Origin: Camelus dromedarius
Taxonomy: Eukaryota
NCBI RefSeq assembly: GCF_036321535.1
Contig: NC_087437.1
Span: 55,616,001-55,680,000 of the forward strand
Length of the DNA: 64,000 bases
Direction: 5' to 3'
Position numbers and translations under genes: made by a program. How positions within the stretch are numbered: the stretch's first letter is position 1; every line of letters begins with the position of its first letter. This document shows positions 1 to 12,830 of this stretch, in pieces. The notes beneath the pieces were generated by a model. It was not told the DNA's origin and searched no databases. It saw nothing but the letters and a program-made list of their open reading frames with translations.

Positions 1-9
1 AATGAACTA

Positions 10-200
10 TATGTATTATCTCAATCAATCCTAATAGCACTGTTATGAGGTAAATATTATTATTTAAAATTAAGGAATTTATAGCTGAAAAGCTGAGATG
101 CAGAGAACATAAATCATCTGATTAAGTGAGATAGCTAATACATGCCAGAGCCAGGATTCACATCCAGGTTCTTCTGACCTTGGAATCTGTGCTGTTTTGC
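10..200 (-). mobile_element. MIR SINE (old, diverged)
   Basis: Resembles the reverse complement of the MIR core: atcctaatagcactgttatgagg...gctgagatgcagaga...gccagagccaggattcacatccagg. Confidence 0.75.
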
Positions 201-1643
201 TGTTCTCCATTATACCACACTAATCAGAAGGTAAACCAATACCAAATGCAAAATTACTGAGTAAAGCCATGTGATTTAGTGGAAACATGTCACTTGATCA
301 GGAAATTGAGTCCCAGCTCTTCCTGGTCATGTGACATTGGACAAGCAAATCTCTTCTTTGATTACCTTCCTTCATCCATAGCAGTTTATCTTGGGCACAG
401 TATGTGTCGTATATCTACCATCCGATGTACACAAACTCTATTTTCCAAGTGTGGCATGGATATCTAGAGAGCTTCCCATAAGCCCTGGCTCTGCATCCAG
501 GGTCACACATTTGCATTACAGTGGGGGAGGGTTAATATTTTTGTTTATCTGTACCTGAGAACAAAGATAAATTAAAGGACCTATTCGGGGATTCAGCCCC
601 CAAAATCAAACCCACCACTGACACAGGACACAATTCTTAATTCATAAAAATCTACTGAAAATATTAGCTATCGGTTAGTAGTGGGCTTTAAAAACCTATG
701 TTTACTAAAGTCCCTTTGGTGTCAGTAGGATAATATCAATCAAACTTTGTTTAGCTTATATCAAAAGTAATGCAATAGTGCTCCTTTATGAAATTATACA
801 GTCTGATTTTGTTCATATTTTATAGATTAAAATAGACTTTCTAATCATAAACTCCAGTGGCAGATTCTGAGGCAAAATTTAACCTTTAGTCAAGGTTTGG
901 TCCCAGCCAAAAACATGAGAAATGTCTTAAAGTATTTTTAAACTCTTAAAAAAAGTTACGCTAACTGAAAAGAAAAATATTTTTTACTAAGAACTGCTGT
1001 TTATCTGAGTACTTTTAGGTGTAGTCAGGTTTTTCACACATCCCACATTCACCTAGAATTTAGGGCTGAATATTAATATTTCTTCTTTTTATTCCTACTA
1101 TAAATACTGTATTTTGGGATTTTTGGATTGGATGAGCTTTTATAGTTTCTTTTATACCCATTTAAATATTTAAGATCCTGTCAGATCTTCTCCTGACATG
1201 ATGATGTTGACACATACAAGGCTGCATGAAGAACAAAAGCAAAAAGGAGGTTCAGTTCGGTCACACAACTGGCTGGCTGCTTATTGTGAAAACCGATGCA
1301 GTGATTAAACTTGCAAATCTAACTTCTCTCTCTTCCCAGGTTTATTAAAAAACGAAACAAAACAAAACAAAGACTGTGTTCTTAAATGCCTACCACTTTC
1401 TACAAGAAAACAATATTTTAGGTCAGAATTGTTACTCCTCTTTCCTTATATGTAAAAAAATCAATAGAATCTCACATGCTAGGACATGTCACCCTCAACC
1501 TATTGGGCCACACACACAAAAATAAACCCATGGTATTTTAATTCATGACATTTTCTTCCATAGCTATATGAATTCTCAAGGTTTTTTTACTGGAGAGTCT
1601 TCTGCTGTCCAGATTCCTATTGCTGGCTGGAGATGCCCACCAA

Positions 1644-2281
1644 TGCTACAGATAGAACATTGCAGTCCCACGGGTTCCTATTGAAGTTGAGGACAGTCAC
1701 CAGTCAGATCCTTTCAACTATAACTTACTTAATGATAATGAACAGTAACCTGCCTTCACCGATCAAGCTCACTTTAATGTTTTCACAAAAACTTGCATGT
1801 CCTCCAAGGATCATGTAGCCTAAACAATAGGATGTTTGCCCAAGTTGCTTTTCAGGGACTTGGAGTCAGCTTTGTCTAGTTGGAGCTCGAGCCAGGTAAG
1901 ACTGGTTGAGACCACCAACCCTCCGGCTGGGCATGCGTGACTTTTGATGGCACAGGGCTGGAAACTCCACCCTCAGAACACGCGGGGGCAGCCCTTTCAC
2001 CCCATGAAGAAGCCTGTAGCTTAGTTGTGTCTGTCGCGCCTGCACAGGACTTCCACTACCCCACCTTTCCCTGACCTTCAGTCACCTTTCCCCACACTCC
2101 CTATACCTCAGCTTTGTCCTAAATGCCAAGATCCCCTCATCTTGAGGGAGATGGATTTGAGATTTGTTCTCCCATCTCCTTGCTTGGCTACCTTGTGAAT
2201 AAACCTCTTCTCTACTGCAAGCCTTGGTGTCTCAGTGTTTGTGCTGCTGTGTGTCAGGCAAACAAATCTAGTTTGGTGACA
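1644..2281 (+). mobile_element. Solo LTR, ERV1-like
   Basis: Starts TG (tgctaca), ends CA (ggtgaca), AATAAA about 80 bp before the end, more GC-rich than flanks; no TSD recognised. Confidence 0.7.
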
Positions 2282-2559
2282 CTGTCAGTGCCTTTTAATT
2301 CATTCTCATTTTCCATTGTGAATATTTTTCAGAAGAGAAACTCCAGAAGGGATGATGCGAGAATTGGCGTGGCTGACTAAAATCTGAGGAGACAAAACAT
2401 TTAAAACTTGGTTTTTCCACCATTTTTATTCTATGTCTCCGAGAATGATACTTCTAAGAGCGTTCTCTAGGTACAGTCTTGGAAACTAGTAATTTCCTCA
2501 CCTGAAATGTATTTCTCTGGTTATAAGACTTCAAAGAAAGGATGCATTTCTGGAGTGGA

Positions 2560-3290
2560 GAAACTTCTGGGCCACTGCTGCGTTTCTATAAGCCCTCCAG
2601 CCCTCCCATATTCCTTGCTCTTTAGCTTTCAGACTCTTCTCAGTCTCTGGGCATCTTCTTCCTCCTTCTCTGCTTGCTTCTTAAAATGTTCTCAAATGTT
2701 CTGTCTGTAGCCATTTGCTCAGTCTGCACACAAATTCAAATTTCCCGTGAGTTCTATGTATTGTTGATTCCAATATCTCTATTTTTGGTACTGATTTTTT
2801 TCTTAACAACTGCAGACCCGTATAACCAAATGACCCTGCTGATCTCTCCCATAAGGACCTCAAATTTAACATGTCAGAAAACTGAATTATCCTCTCTCCT
2901 GAAGTAGAAGTAGATTGGAGACCCTGTTTGGCCTATGACATTTCCCTTCACCTGAGTGAATAAAGTTGACAGGTGTAGGTTGGGCCAATCACATTCTGTT
3001 TTCCAGAAACTTGAAACCTGAATGGAGAAACTAGGAAACGTAGATGGCTAGAGCTTAATCACTTTTATGGCAGTTCCAGGAAATCTCCTGTTGCCAGGAA
3101 CTCAGAGGTATCCAAGTTTCTGCCAGAGTTTGTTTCTGTTTCTTATTAATACAGCATTAAAACTTTTGCCTCTTCACGTGTTCCTTATATTTAATAACTG
3201 TACCATTATCTACCCAGAAACCCAAGCTAGAAGCTGGAAATCTCAGTGCTCATCTTTCTCTCCATCTTCAGTCATTTACTCAGGGCAGAG
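2560..3290 (+). mobile_element. L2 LINE fragment interrupted by an old MaLR (MLT1-type) LTR at about 2900-3150
   Basis: L2 motif acctcaaatttaacatgtcagaaaactgaa resumes as accattatctacccagaaacccaagctagaa; the insert has MLT1-like gggccaatcacattc...tttctgtttcttattaataca. Confidence 0.6.
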
Positions 3291-3769
3291 CTAGGACATT
3301 TTAGGCAGAGATGATGTTTCAAAGTCTGAAATTGTCCACAGTCAAAACTTATCCTTTCAAGTCCCATAAAATTGGAGACTATCTTTCTGTCTCTCAATAG
3401 GTCTAATGCACTGAATTTTTCATTCAGGGCTGGAACAGATTGCTGTTTCTTTAATTGAACAGCAGATGAAGTAGTTAATTTACATTTAGGCACTAAGCAT
3501 ATGCAAACTTTAAAACATTAGTCTCACGTGTAGCCCAGTGAGATGATTATAGAATCCATGGTACTCAGGACCCGGGTCTGACCAAAGAAATAGGAAGGGC
3601 GTATCTCCCCTTCAAGCTCATGTTCATCACATAAACTTTTTCATACTCTCTTTCTCTGTGTTTGCACAAATTAAATGAGCATATTACAGAACTGTGTGGT
3701 GTTTCCTACATGTCTCAGCCTCTTTATTGCCATATTGTTATTTTGATCCAATATAACACTTTGTTGGAA

Positions 3770-4170
3770 TGAGAATTATTTTCCCCATTCATAAGTAAGA
3801 TATTGGAGTTCAAAGTTATCAAGTTGATTGAAATTACACAGAGAGTTAGAGACAGAGCTGAACTTCAAATCCAGAAATATTGCGCTATTTACACTGCATG
3901 ACATAGAACTGCCTGGAGTACACAAAAGAGTTTCTATGGTTGAGATAATCCAAGTTGACTTGATGGAGAAAATGACATTTGATCTGGCCCTTGAAGAATG
4001 GACACAGCATGGACAAGAAGACACAAAGAAAGAGAATACTAAGTTGAGGGAAGATCGTAAGAAAAACCCTCCGTATGTCAGTTCAGAACATGGCTGGGGA
4101 GAGGCGAGAATAGGCCAGGAGTTTGCACACAAGGAAGTAGGAGGAAACAAGTTTGGAAACATAAACTGAG
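3770..4170 (-). mobile_element. MIR fragment followed by L2 fragment
   Basis: ccccattcataagtaagatattggag (MIR antisense); tggagaaaatgacatttgatctggcccttgaagaatg (L2 antisense). Confidence 0.55.
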
Positions 4171-4199
4171 AGTGGGAATTGATGTCATCAATGACTAAT

Positions 4200-4300
4200 A
4201 AAAGAATGGGAGAAGAGATAGAAGGAATGAAAGGAGGTAGTAAAAAAGAAAGGGAAGGGGGATGGAGAAAAGAAGAGAGAGAAGAAAAGGTGAAATAAAT
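4200..4300. repeat. GA-rich low-complexity tract
   Basis: Almost purely purine on the + strand. Confidence 0.7.
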
Positions 4301-4519
4301 TTATTGTTCAATAATAAGCAACATGATTGCCTAGCATGTCCCAGGGATGTGGTAGCTAGGACATGGAGCCACAAAAACCTCGTTTTGACTAGCGTAGATG
4401 AGATACGTGGTTACTGGCTACTTTAATTGGAGGAAGAGCTGAATTGAACCACAGAGTTACCAAAATATCTGGCAGTGTGATAAAAGATTATATAGTTTTT
4501 AAAAATAAAACAGCTAACT

Positions 4520-4950
4520 GTGAAACTGTCAACATGGATGAATTTCTAAACTGAAGTCTTAGTGTAAAAGTGAGTTACAGAATGATTCATCTATATAAAG
4601 GCATATAAGTAGAATACCATTTATGCAAAATTTTAAGCACATGAAACAACACAAAAATGACTGTGGATACACACATTTAGTAAAAGAGAGGGTATAGACA
4701 GAAAGGATATATACTAACTTCAGGACAGTGTTTCCTCTGCAGAGTAAAGGAGGGAGGGGGTAGCTTTAAGCGGATCCAGAGTACTTCATTTTTAAATAGA
4801 AATGAGAGTAAGAAAGAGAGAGGCAAATCTGAAGCATATGAAAAAAGCCTTAACATTTACTCATTCTGAATAGAAGAAACATGGGTATTTATTATATTAC
4901 ATCCCTACTTCTCTGTGTACTTGAAATTATTTACCAATAAAAATAGAAGT
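4520..4950 (+). mobile_element. L1ME-type 3' end
   Basis: aacatggatgaatttc...gttacagaatga...aataccatttatgcaaaattttaag, typical of old L1M 3' UTRs. Confidence 0.65.
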
Positions 4951-5299
4951 TAAAATAAACCATCATCTCACTGAAAAGAGAAGGAAGGGCAGGAAAGAAG
5001 ATTATGGCAGAAAACCAGAGTGGAGATACAGAGCAGGACGAGAGCGACAGCTCCGGAAGTCGGAGGCGTGCGGGAGGCGTTGGTAACTGAGCAGCATGCT
5101 GGGTGTTCTCTTGGGCGGATGCTTTCCCCATATTTCCCTTAGGTGCTTTGACAGGAGAGGAAGTAAACGCAAGCCCTTCAGGAACACATATACAAACAGG
5201 ATGAACATCATTAGGAAATCGTATCAGTAATTCTAGAAATGTTTGGCTATATAAAACCTACCAGAATGACCAGGAAATGTGATCAAAATGAATGTTATA

Positions 5300-5640
5300 C
5301 TCCTTTAAGATTCTAAACTTAAATATTTACTACATGTCAAAAATACCAACAATAGAAAAATAAACCAGTGGGGCAACATAACAATTCCCAAACTGGATAT
5401 TTATATATATCAGACCTTGGTGTATGACAGAACTGTCTTTGCATACGAGTAAGGAAATTAGTTTATTAAGTTTATTATGGGAGAAATAAATAAAGGAATC
5501 ATTCTCTACTTGAAATCATTTACAAAATCTTTTCTAGGTTGATGAAAAACCTAAATGTTAATGGTAACACTTTAAAACTTGTAGACAAAAATAGAGAAAG
5601 ATATAAAAATAAGACAAAAAATATAAACTATTAAATATGG
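5300..5640 (+). mobile_element. Old L1 ORF2 3' fragment
   Basis: aatagaaaaataaaccagtggggcaacataacaattccc...tatgacagaa and aaaacctaaatgttaa...tttaaaacttgtagac match decayed L1 ORF2. Confidence 0.55.
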
Positions 5641-5667
5641 ATATATTTTATAACATTAAAATTAATG

Positions 5668-7830
5668 TATCTGGGCTTTTGCCTTTGGTCAAAACAGAGT
5701 GACAGAGTTTGGAATTTCTCATCCCACTTGAAACAACAATAAAACAGACAAAATACATAACACAGTGGCACTCAAGACACTGGGTGTCAGGAAATGAAGA
5801 ACAGTGATGGATGAGAGATAGGAAATAGATGGGGTGAGCCCTGTAATTATCCCAGCTTACTGCCCTGAGAGTTTCCAGGCTGCATTGCAATAAAGGGGAT
5901 CCAAGCAGAGCTCAGAGGTCTCCCTGAGTTGAGCAGATGGAACTGGGAGTCTGAGGAAACCAAGGATGCTAGAGTTCATGGGGCAGAATGTCAGAGTAAA
6001 AATGGTTACATGAGAAGAGAGTTTTGAAGATGTGCAGATGGTTTCCGGCAAGCGTTTACCAGCGCACTAATTAGCATATGCATATGGGGAAACTTTTTGA
6101 AGCCAGGGGTTGAAAACATCTGAAAGTATTACAGGGGAAAGTAATTAAATCTTGTAAGGGGAGATAGTGTCTGTTCTCTGCAGGCAGGATGGAAATCCTC
6201 ATAATTCAGGGGAATATAAGACTACTAAGAAGAGCCTTGCCTTAGTAGTGGGGAAAAATTAACAGACTGAATGCTGTGTAGGTCCCACTTAACAAAGCTT
6301 AGAAGTAAGACCCAAGAAGATGAAATTGTTTCCCCGTAACTTAACTGCATATCAGAACAAAGCCAAAGTTTATTTTTAAGAATGCAAAACCATCCAGTAC
6401 CCAACAAGGTAAATTTTTCAATAAAAAATTTCAAGACAAGCAAAGAAGCCAGAATATACAACTCATAACGAAAGGAAAACCAATCAATCAAAACTGACCC
6501 AAAGCGGCAGAGACTATAGAATTATCACACATACACAGAATACTAAAATAGTTGTTATCACTGCACTCCTCAGTAATGGATAAAATAAGCAGACAGTCAA
6601 TAAGAACACAGACTATTTGAGTAACACTATCTGCCAACTTGACCAAAATAACATTTCTAGAACACTCCACACAGCAACAGCAGAACACATGTTCTTTTTA
6701 AGTATGAATGGAACACTTACCAAGATAGACCATACTCTAGCCATAAAACAAGGATCAATAACCTTGAAGGATTTAAGTCATACAAAGTATGCAATCTGAT
6801 CACATAAAATTAAATGATAAATCAATAACAGAAAGACTTCTGGAAAATTCCAAAACGTTTAGAAACTAAATGAACTGTGGGTCAAACTTCTAAATAAACT
6901 GTGGGTCAAAGAAAAAATAAAAGTAGAAATTAAGAAGTATTTTCAACTGAATACAATGAAATCATAATATATTAAAATGTGTGAGATGACACTAAACTAT
7001 ACTTGGTAGTGGTGTTTTATAACACAAACGTCTACATTGTAAAAGAAGAAAGATAAAGATGTCAAATCAATGGCCCCAGCGTTAGCTTTAAGAAACTAGA
7101 AAAGGAAGAGCAAATGAATTTCAAAGGAAGAACAAGAAAGGAGATAATCAAGATCAGAGCAGAAATCAATGAAACAAAAATAATAAAATAGGGAAATTAA
7201 TGAAACTAAAAATTGATTATTTTTTAAAAAAATTTTATTCTTTTGAAATTTATTTCAATTATATTTTTTGGTGGGGAGAGGTGGTTAGGTTTTACTTATT
7301 TATTTATTTTTAGTGGAGGTACTGGGGATTGAACCCAGGACCCTGTGCATGCTAAGCATGCACTATACCACTTGAGCTATACCCTACCCCCTTAAAAATT
7401 GATTCTTAAATCAATACAATATATAAACCTCTAGCCAGACTTGCCAGAAAAAAAAAAAAAAGGAGAAAAAACACAAACTACCAATATCAGGAACATGAGA
7501 GATACCATCACTACAGATCTGGCAGATACTTAGAGGATAAGAAGGATGTATTATTATGAACTACGTATGCCAGTACATTCAACAGCTTAGATGGCATGGA
7601 CGAATTCCTTGAGAAATACAAGCTACCACAGCTCACTCAAGGAGAAATGCACAACCTTAATATATTACCTAACCTGAAGTTAAAAAAAAAATCAAATGTA
7701 TGTATTTATTGAATTTTCAATAAAACAGATTGAATTGCTAGTGAAAACCATCCCCCCCGCCCCGCCCCACACACAACTACATTCTAGTTTCAGATGCCTT
7801 CATGGCAAATTTTATCCAACATGTAAGACA
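5668..7830 (+). mobile_element. L1M (L1MC/MD-like): 5' region joined to the ORF2 endonuclease/linker region, ORF1 mostly missing
   Basis: ORF 6617-6799 (RTLHTATAEHMFFLSMNGTLTKIDHTLAIK) matches the L1 endonuclease motif YTFFSSAHGTFSKIDH; downstream aagaaactagaaaaggaagagcaaatg and atggacgaattccttgagaaatacaagctacc are L1 ORF2. Confidence 0.85.
7219..7392 (-). mobile_element. Vic-1-type camelid tRNA-derived SINE with a perfect 12-bp TSD
   Basis: Reverse complement GGGGGTAGGGTATAGCTCAAGTGGTATAGTGCATGCTTAGCATGCACAGGGTCCTGGGTTCAATCCCCAGTACCTCC has A and B boxes; TSD taaaaattgatt at 7207-7218 and 7393-7404. Confidence 0.92.
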
Positions 7831-7849
7831 TCACAGAAAACGAACAAAT

Positions 7850-8522
7850 ACAAGAGGTAATAAACACTCAAAATCCACACTTTCTAGTTTGCTGTCTTCA
7901 CTGCTGTCTGTGCTGTTGAGGTTGCCGTCTCTCCCAATTCCACATGCAGTGACACCATGTTTATAGCTTGAAATCGATCGTGGTGAAAATACTTACCACT
8001 GAAATCAGCAAATACTACAAATAAGGGCTTGGTTTATTGTTCTGTTGATGGTTAAGAAAATGATGAAGAAAATGTCAGTGATATAGATTAAATTAAAACT
8101 TATCAAGTTCATAGTCACTATATTGTGAATAGCATAATAAATTTGAGGAAATATTCCAGTATTTGAAAATTATTTATCTGATTCAGCAAATAAATTGGTT
8201 TGGTAATCGGCAAATCAAAGTTGTGAGAAATGTTTTATTGTTTGTTTCAATTTTGTCCTACACATTAACAAAGGCAAAAATATCAACCAACATCCATATT
8301 GAAACTATGTCCATTCATCAGTTGCAAACATGAGTTGGCTATACAAGAGTTTACCAAAAACCAAGGGAAGTATTCCATTGTATATTCTACTATTATTTGT
8401 AAATTTGGGCTAGGTAAAGAAAAACATGGTATCATTAAAATTTACTGTAAACTTAAGTACATGAAAATATGCATTCATTTTTCCTCAAAGTCAACAGCAA
8501 AACATTTAAGGGTATATCACTG
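7850..8522 (+). mobile_element. MER63-family hAT-Blackjack non-autonomous DNA transposon (long variant, 5' truncated)
   Basis: ggtaataaacactcaaaatc, agcttgaaatcgatcgtggtg...aaatactacaaataagggc, and terminus aaacatttaagggtatatcactg. Confidence 0.75.
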
Positions 8523-8872
8523 GGCTACTTCCACAGTGCGTAAACCAGACCCTATTCAGAGGTTTTCCTTCTGGGCATCTTTGTCTTGGCCCCTTCCGGT
8601 CGTTAGGTTGTAGGCGCCAGTTCTCTTCCCTCCAATGGGAGTTGCCCGTCCATGAAGTGTGAACCATGAATAAGGATATTTTATTTATATTTCCATAACT
8701 AATCAGTCCCGTGGAATAATTTTCTCAAAACAAGGCAAATCTTAACTTTAAAAGTGGCAGTTTTTCTGGCATTGCTTTTTCATCTTCAACAGGTATCCTG
8801 TTACATAAATTAGACACCAAAGGCAGAAACTATATGAATAGACAGATAAATTTGCTATGTGAAAAAAAGCAA

Positions 8873-8978
8873 AAGGATTATTATGGGATTATATGAAATC
8901 ATGTGTGTGAAACTTTTGAAAATTGTAAAACACTATAGAATTTAAAGAATCTTTCATTCAATGAAAAACAATTTTTTT
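8873..8978 (+). mobile_element. Short 5'-truncated LINE-type 3' end with TSD
   Basis: atgaaatcatgtgtgtgaaacttttgaaaattgtaa...tttcattcaat with an A/T tail; aaaaaagcaa repeated at 8863-8872 and 8979-8988. Confidence 0.65.
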
Positions 8979-8989
8979 AAAAAAGCAAT

Positions 8990-9422
8990 GCTTTTGTAGT
9001 ACAAGAAACATCACTCATGGTTTAAAAAGCTAATGACAAATAAGGAAAGTAGATGCAGTGAATATTTCACAGTTAGTAGATTTAATCTATAAATAATTGT
9101 TGCATATCTATAAGAAAAAGATGATGTTATAGGGGAAAAAACAGACAAAAGTCATGAACATAAATTTCACAAAGAAATACAAGTGGCCAATAAAATGCAA
9201 TAACAATCTCACCAGTAATAATTAAGTCTGAAATAAGATGTCATATTCACTTTTAAATTTGAAGATTTTTAAATGATGCTCTTGGAGAATAAGATATGGG
9301 GAAATAAAAGGACCCTCAAATACTCTTTTTTTAAAATTGAAGTATAATTGATTTATTACAATGTTGGGTTAGTTTCTAGGGCACAGCATGGTGACTCTAT
9401 ATATATACACACACACACACAC

Positions 9423-9454
<32 letters not shown>

Positions 9455-10060
9455 GTATGTATATTCTTCAATGGAAGTGAATTGGCTCACATTTTCTGTA
9501 GGAATCTTTGACAGTGTTCTCTGCAACTTTTGACCTTACATTTCCACATCTAGTAATTCATATTAAGGTAGTAGTTAAGGACATGTGGAAAAATGTAGCT
9601 AAGACGATGTTTGTTACAACTTTGTTTTTATAATTATAAATATATACATATTTAATATCTAATAATTCAATACAAATTTTATTTATAATACTTTAAATTA
9701 TTTATAAATCTGATAATAATGATTTGGTTAAACTATTTCTCTACATACTGAATACTAAGCAATCATAACTATTATGTAATGAAATATGAATAATTATCTT
9801 GGAATGATTAATGATACATAACTTTGTATAATTTTGGTGTGAAAAATAGCAGATTTTAAAACTATATGCACTATCAGCTAATCTTTGACAGAAATATTTA
9901 TTATGTACATGCAGATACACATACACACAATCAAAAAATACTGAAATGCACACTAAAAATTATGAACAGAGCTTTTATTTCAGGTCTTTTACTTCCTTCT
10001 TATGTTTTCATTTTTTTAGCTTATTTGTGTTTAATTGTTCTGCACGAAGCATGCATCACT
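8990..10060 (+). mobile_element. Diverged L1ME ORF2 end and 3' UTR
   Basis: catgaacataaatttcacaaagaaatacaagtggccaataaa and ttccacatctagtaattcatattaagg; split by a younger antisense L1 tail. Confidence 0.65.
9325..9468 (-). mobile_element. Young artiodactyl-type L1 3' tip with an expanded (CA)n/(TACA)n/(TA)n microsatellite
   Basis: ttttttaaaattgaagtataattgatttattacaatgttgggttagtttctagggcacagcatggtgactc followed by the compound microsatellite. Confidence 0.75.
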
Positions 10061-11899
10061 TGTACCATCTCTACACTATTTAGCACTTTATGAGTTTCAT
10101 AACCAGGTGATTCAAGGACTTGTTAGTGCTTTGGAATTGCAGCTGTTTTGCCTAAGATGCGTTTGGAAGCAACTCCATAGCATAAGTATGACCTAAGAGG
10201 GCACTCCTGGAAGGAGGAGAATTCTGTGTGTTTGCACTTTTTCTGGCTGTGCAAATGCTGTGCTGACTTGAGCAGCCCGCAGTGGCTGCTCTCTGTGTGT
10301 CTCGGTGTGGAAATGTGAAGAGACTGACTCATTTTACTGAATCATTTTACTGGGTATGTGACCCTGGGTTTGGTTACCCACAGCATTCCTGCTCTGATTG
10401 AATATCCTGGGGTAGTTTTTTTTTCCTTTCTTTCTTTTAAACATGTTAGCAGAGGCTCTTCAAGCCCAAGTGAATGGTTGTGAATGACAGGGAGGGAGAC
10501 CATACCCTCTCACTTACATCCATTTACAAGGATTGGGACAGCCTGACCTGGGTCTGTGCCCTTCTTTGGCATCCCTGGGTATAAAGCCTCAGGCTTCTGA
10601 CTCCAAAACTGGAATTTTGACTGCAGGATAATGACATATTTAAACCATCTCTATGTTTCTATCCTTTAAGATAATCCTAAAGAGATCTCTATACATCTAC
10701 TGAGAAAGGTCCAACACAAAGGTTGCTTTTGGAAATGAGAATGTGGATTTTGCGGCCTAAGACATTGAGAAGGCTTTTTCTACATCTGGATGTGAAGTCT
10801 CGTTTGATAAGATCTATGTTCTATGTTATGAACAATCTCCCATCATTTCTTCAGTTGAATATATTGACAAAGGTATCGTTAAGAACAATCAATGTACATT
10901 TCAATTTGACAACTTATACTGAACTTCAAAAATGGCTCAGGATGTATGCTAGATGCTGAGAATTAAAAAAAAAAAAAAGAATTAGATAAAATCTAGAGGT
11001 CAACTCTGGTAACATAGCCACAAAGGACTTTGTGTGAATGAATATGGGGTGTCCATAATGTCTGGAAACATAGGAAATATATAATAATATATGCACAATG
11101 TCAAGAATTTCACCAATACATAAAACCAACTATGTATTATTACCTATATCTCCAGACTTAATAGGCACCTTATTGAATACAATATAAGTATTGTGGTGAC
11201 AGTGTGAGTCAGACCCTAGATTCCAATCAGTAATTAATTTTGCCTGGTAGAGGCTTGTCAGGGAAAGAGACAGAGAGAAGATAACATTAAATAGAGTTCT
11301 AGAGGATGCGTAGATGTTCATAAGGTCAAGGTAATGAGAAAGTTTTTCCATGTAAAGGAAACAACACTGAAAGTAGGAACAGACTCTGGTCTTGTAGAGG
11401 ATTGTCACAAGAACTTCCAAAGGAGTGAAGATGCAGTGTACTGTTGACTGGGGTTGGAGGGGCTGGGGTATTGAAAACTAACTGGAGAGATCATGGTGCC
11501 CATTTCCTTCCATTCATGACCTTCCGCTGGCAGCCAGAGGTCTGACAATCATCAGATGGATGCTGGCAGGAAACATACTTAATGTATCTTCAGGGGGTGG
11601 GCTAGGCAGTTAACAGGGGTGGCAGCTTGTATTTAGGAAGCATTTGGGCAGATCAGAGATGTGCCTGACTGATAATCTGTAGAGGCTTCCAATGCTACCA
11701 GATTCATGATAAATACCCGTGGAGTCTTACACAGTACCTGGCATAGTCCTCTGCTGGGCTGGGGTCTGACAGGAGAATTTCTAGAGCCAACATTCTTGAG
11801 CCTGAGTCCTGGGGGCTCTGTTCAGTTGACGTCTATGAGGAACAATGCAGTAGAATAGAATCAAAGCCCCAGCATCAGGGGCTGGGGGTAGGGTGAGTA

Positions 11900-12205
11900 G
11901 AATCCTGGGGAGGAATCTCAGAGGCTCACCTGTCATCACCTGCAAGTTTGTTAGAAATGCAGATTTTCTGCCACATCCCAGGCCTAAAGAACGCAAATGT
12001 GCATTTCAGCAAGATCTTCAGATGACTATATGCTACTAGTCTACAGAGCACATGTTTCGAGTTTAAGTATCAAGGGTCTACGCTGCTGGTTCTCTAATTT
12101 GGATGTCTGCTGGAATTAGCTAGGGGGTTTTAAGAAATCCTGATCTCTGATCTCCGGGACTTACTAGCAGATACTCTGATTTAATTGGTGGGGTTCGAAC
12201 ATCAA
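11900..12205. mobile_element. Two MER5-family hAT-Charlie MITE fragments
   Basis: catcacctgcaagtttgttagaaatgcagattttc and ctggttctctaatttgg...tctgatttaattggt. Confidence 0.65.
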
Positions 12206-12407
12206 AGGACAGAAGACAGGAGAGGTAATCAGGAAAATTTGTCACCAAGAAACAGGTCCTCACTGTCAGAAATCAATGGAAATGCAGATTGAATGGATGG
12301 ACAGGCTGATGGGTGGATGAATGGATAAGAAGAAGTTAGAGGACCATGAGAGAAACATCTACAATTTTGATCAGAACCTTTGGGATGTGCTCCCTTTGGA
12401 TCAGCTC

Positions 12408-12592
12408 AGGCCAGCATTTCATACAAGCATCAACTGCAAACTAACTAGGAGAGTACACATTTTAAAATATGGATTCCGGTCACACTCCACATCCTGAACG
12501 ATCATCTTTAGAGGTGAGGCCAAGTAATCTGCATCTTCAATGCATGGTTCAGGAGAACGTGATATGTACTAAAGTTTAATATGTGCCTGTCT
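12408..12592. mobile_element. MER5A-like MITE
   Basis: gtgaggccaagtaatctgcatcttcaa...tgatatgtactaaagtttaa. Confidence 0.65.
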
Positions 12593-12629
12593 ATGAGTCC
12601 TGGCTAACTCTAGAAGAGCAATCTAAATT

Positions 12630-12830
12630 TAAGTATTTCTCATTGAAGGACCTCTTGGTATTTATTTAGACAGGACAATCCTTCCTTGTACATGATTGGC
12701 CCACACATCGGGAAATGTTTAGAATGCCCTGGCTCTGATTACTAAATGCTAATAACATGCCCTGGTCATTGTGACAAACCAGAACACCTCCTCTCACATT
12801 TCCAAATGGTGCCTCCACAAGCTGCAAATT
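12630..12830 (-). mobile_element. MER20-like hAT-Charlie MITE
   Basis: atgtttagaatgccctggctctgattactaaatgc...ttgtgacaaacc...acatttccaaatg is antisense to MER20. Confidence 0.7.

Noticed and set aside
3776..4169. Overlapping antiparallel ORFs of 128 and 113 aa
   Set aside because: They overlap MIR/L2 relics; composition reflects purine strand bias
7300..7392. tRNA gene (also 19545-19623)
   Set aside because: The A and B boxes belong to SINE heads with A-rich tails, and the first has a TSD; these are not stand-alone tRNAs
10671..10980. Candidate exon or processed pseudogene ending at an A tract
   Set aside because: All three frames from the putative acceptor hit stops, no recognisable protein, no TSD
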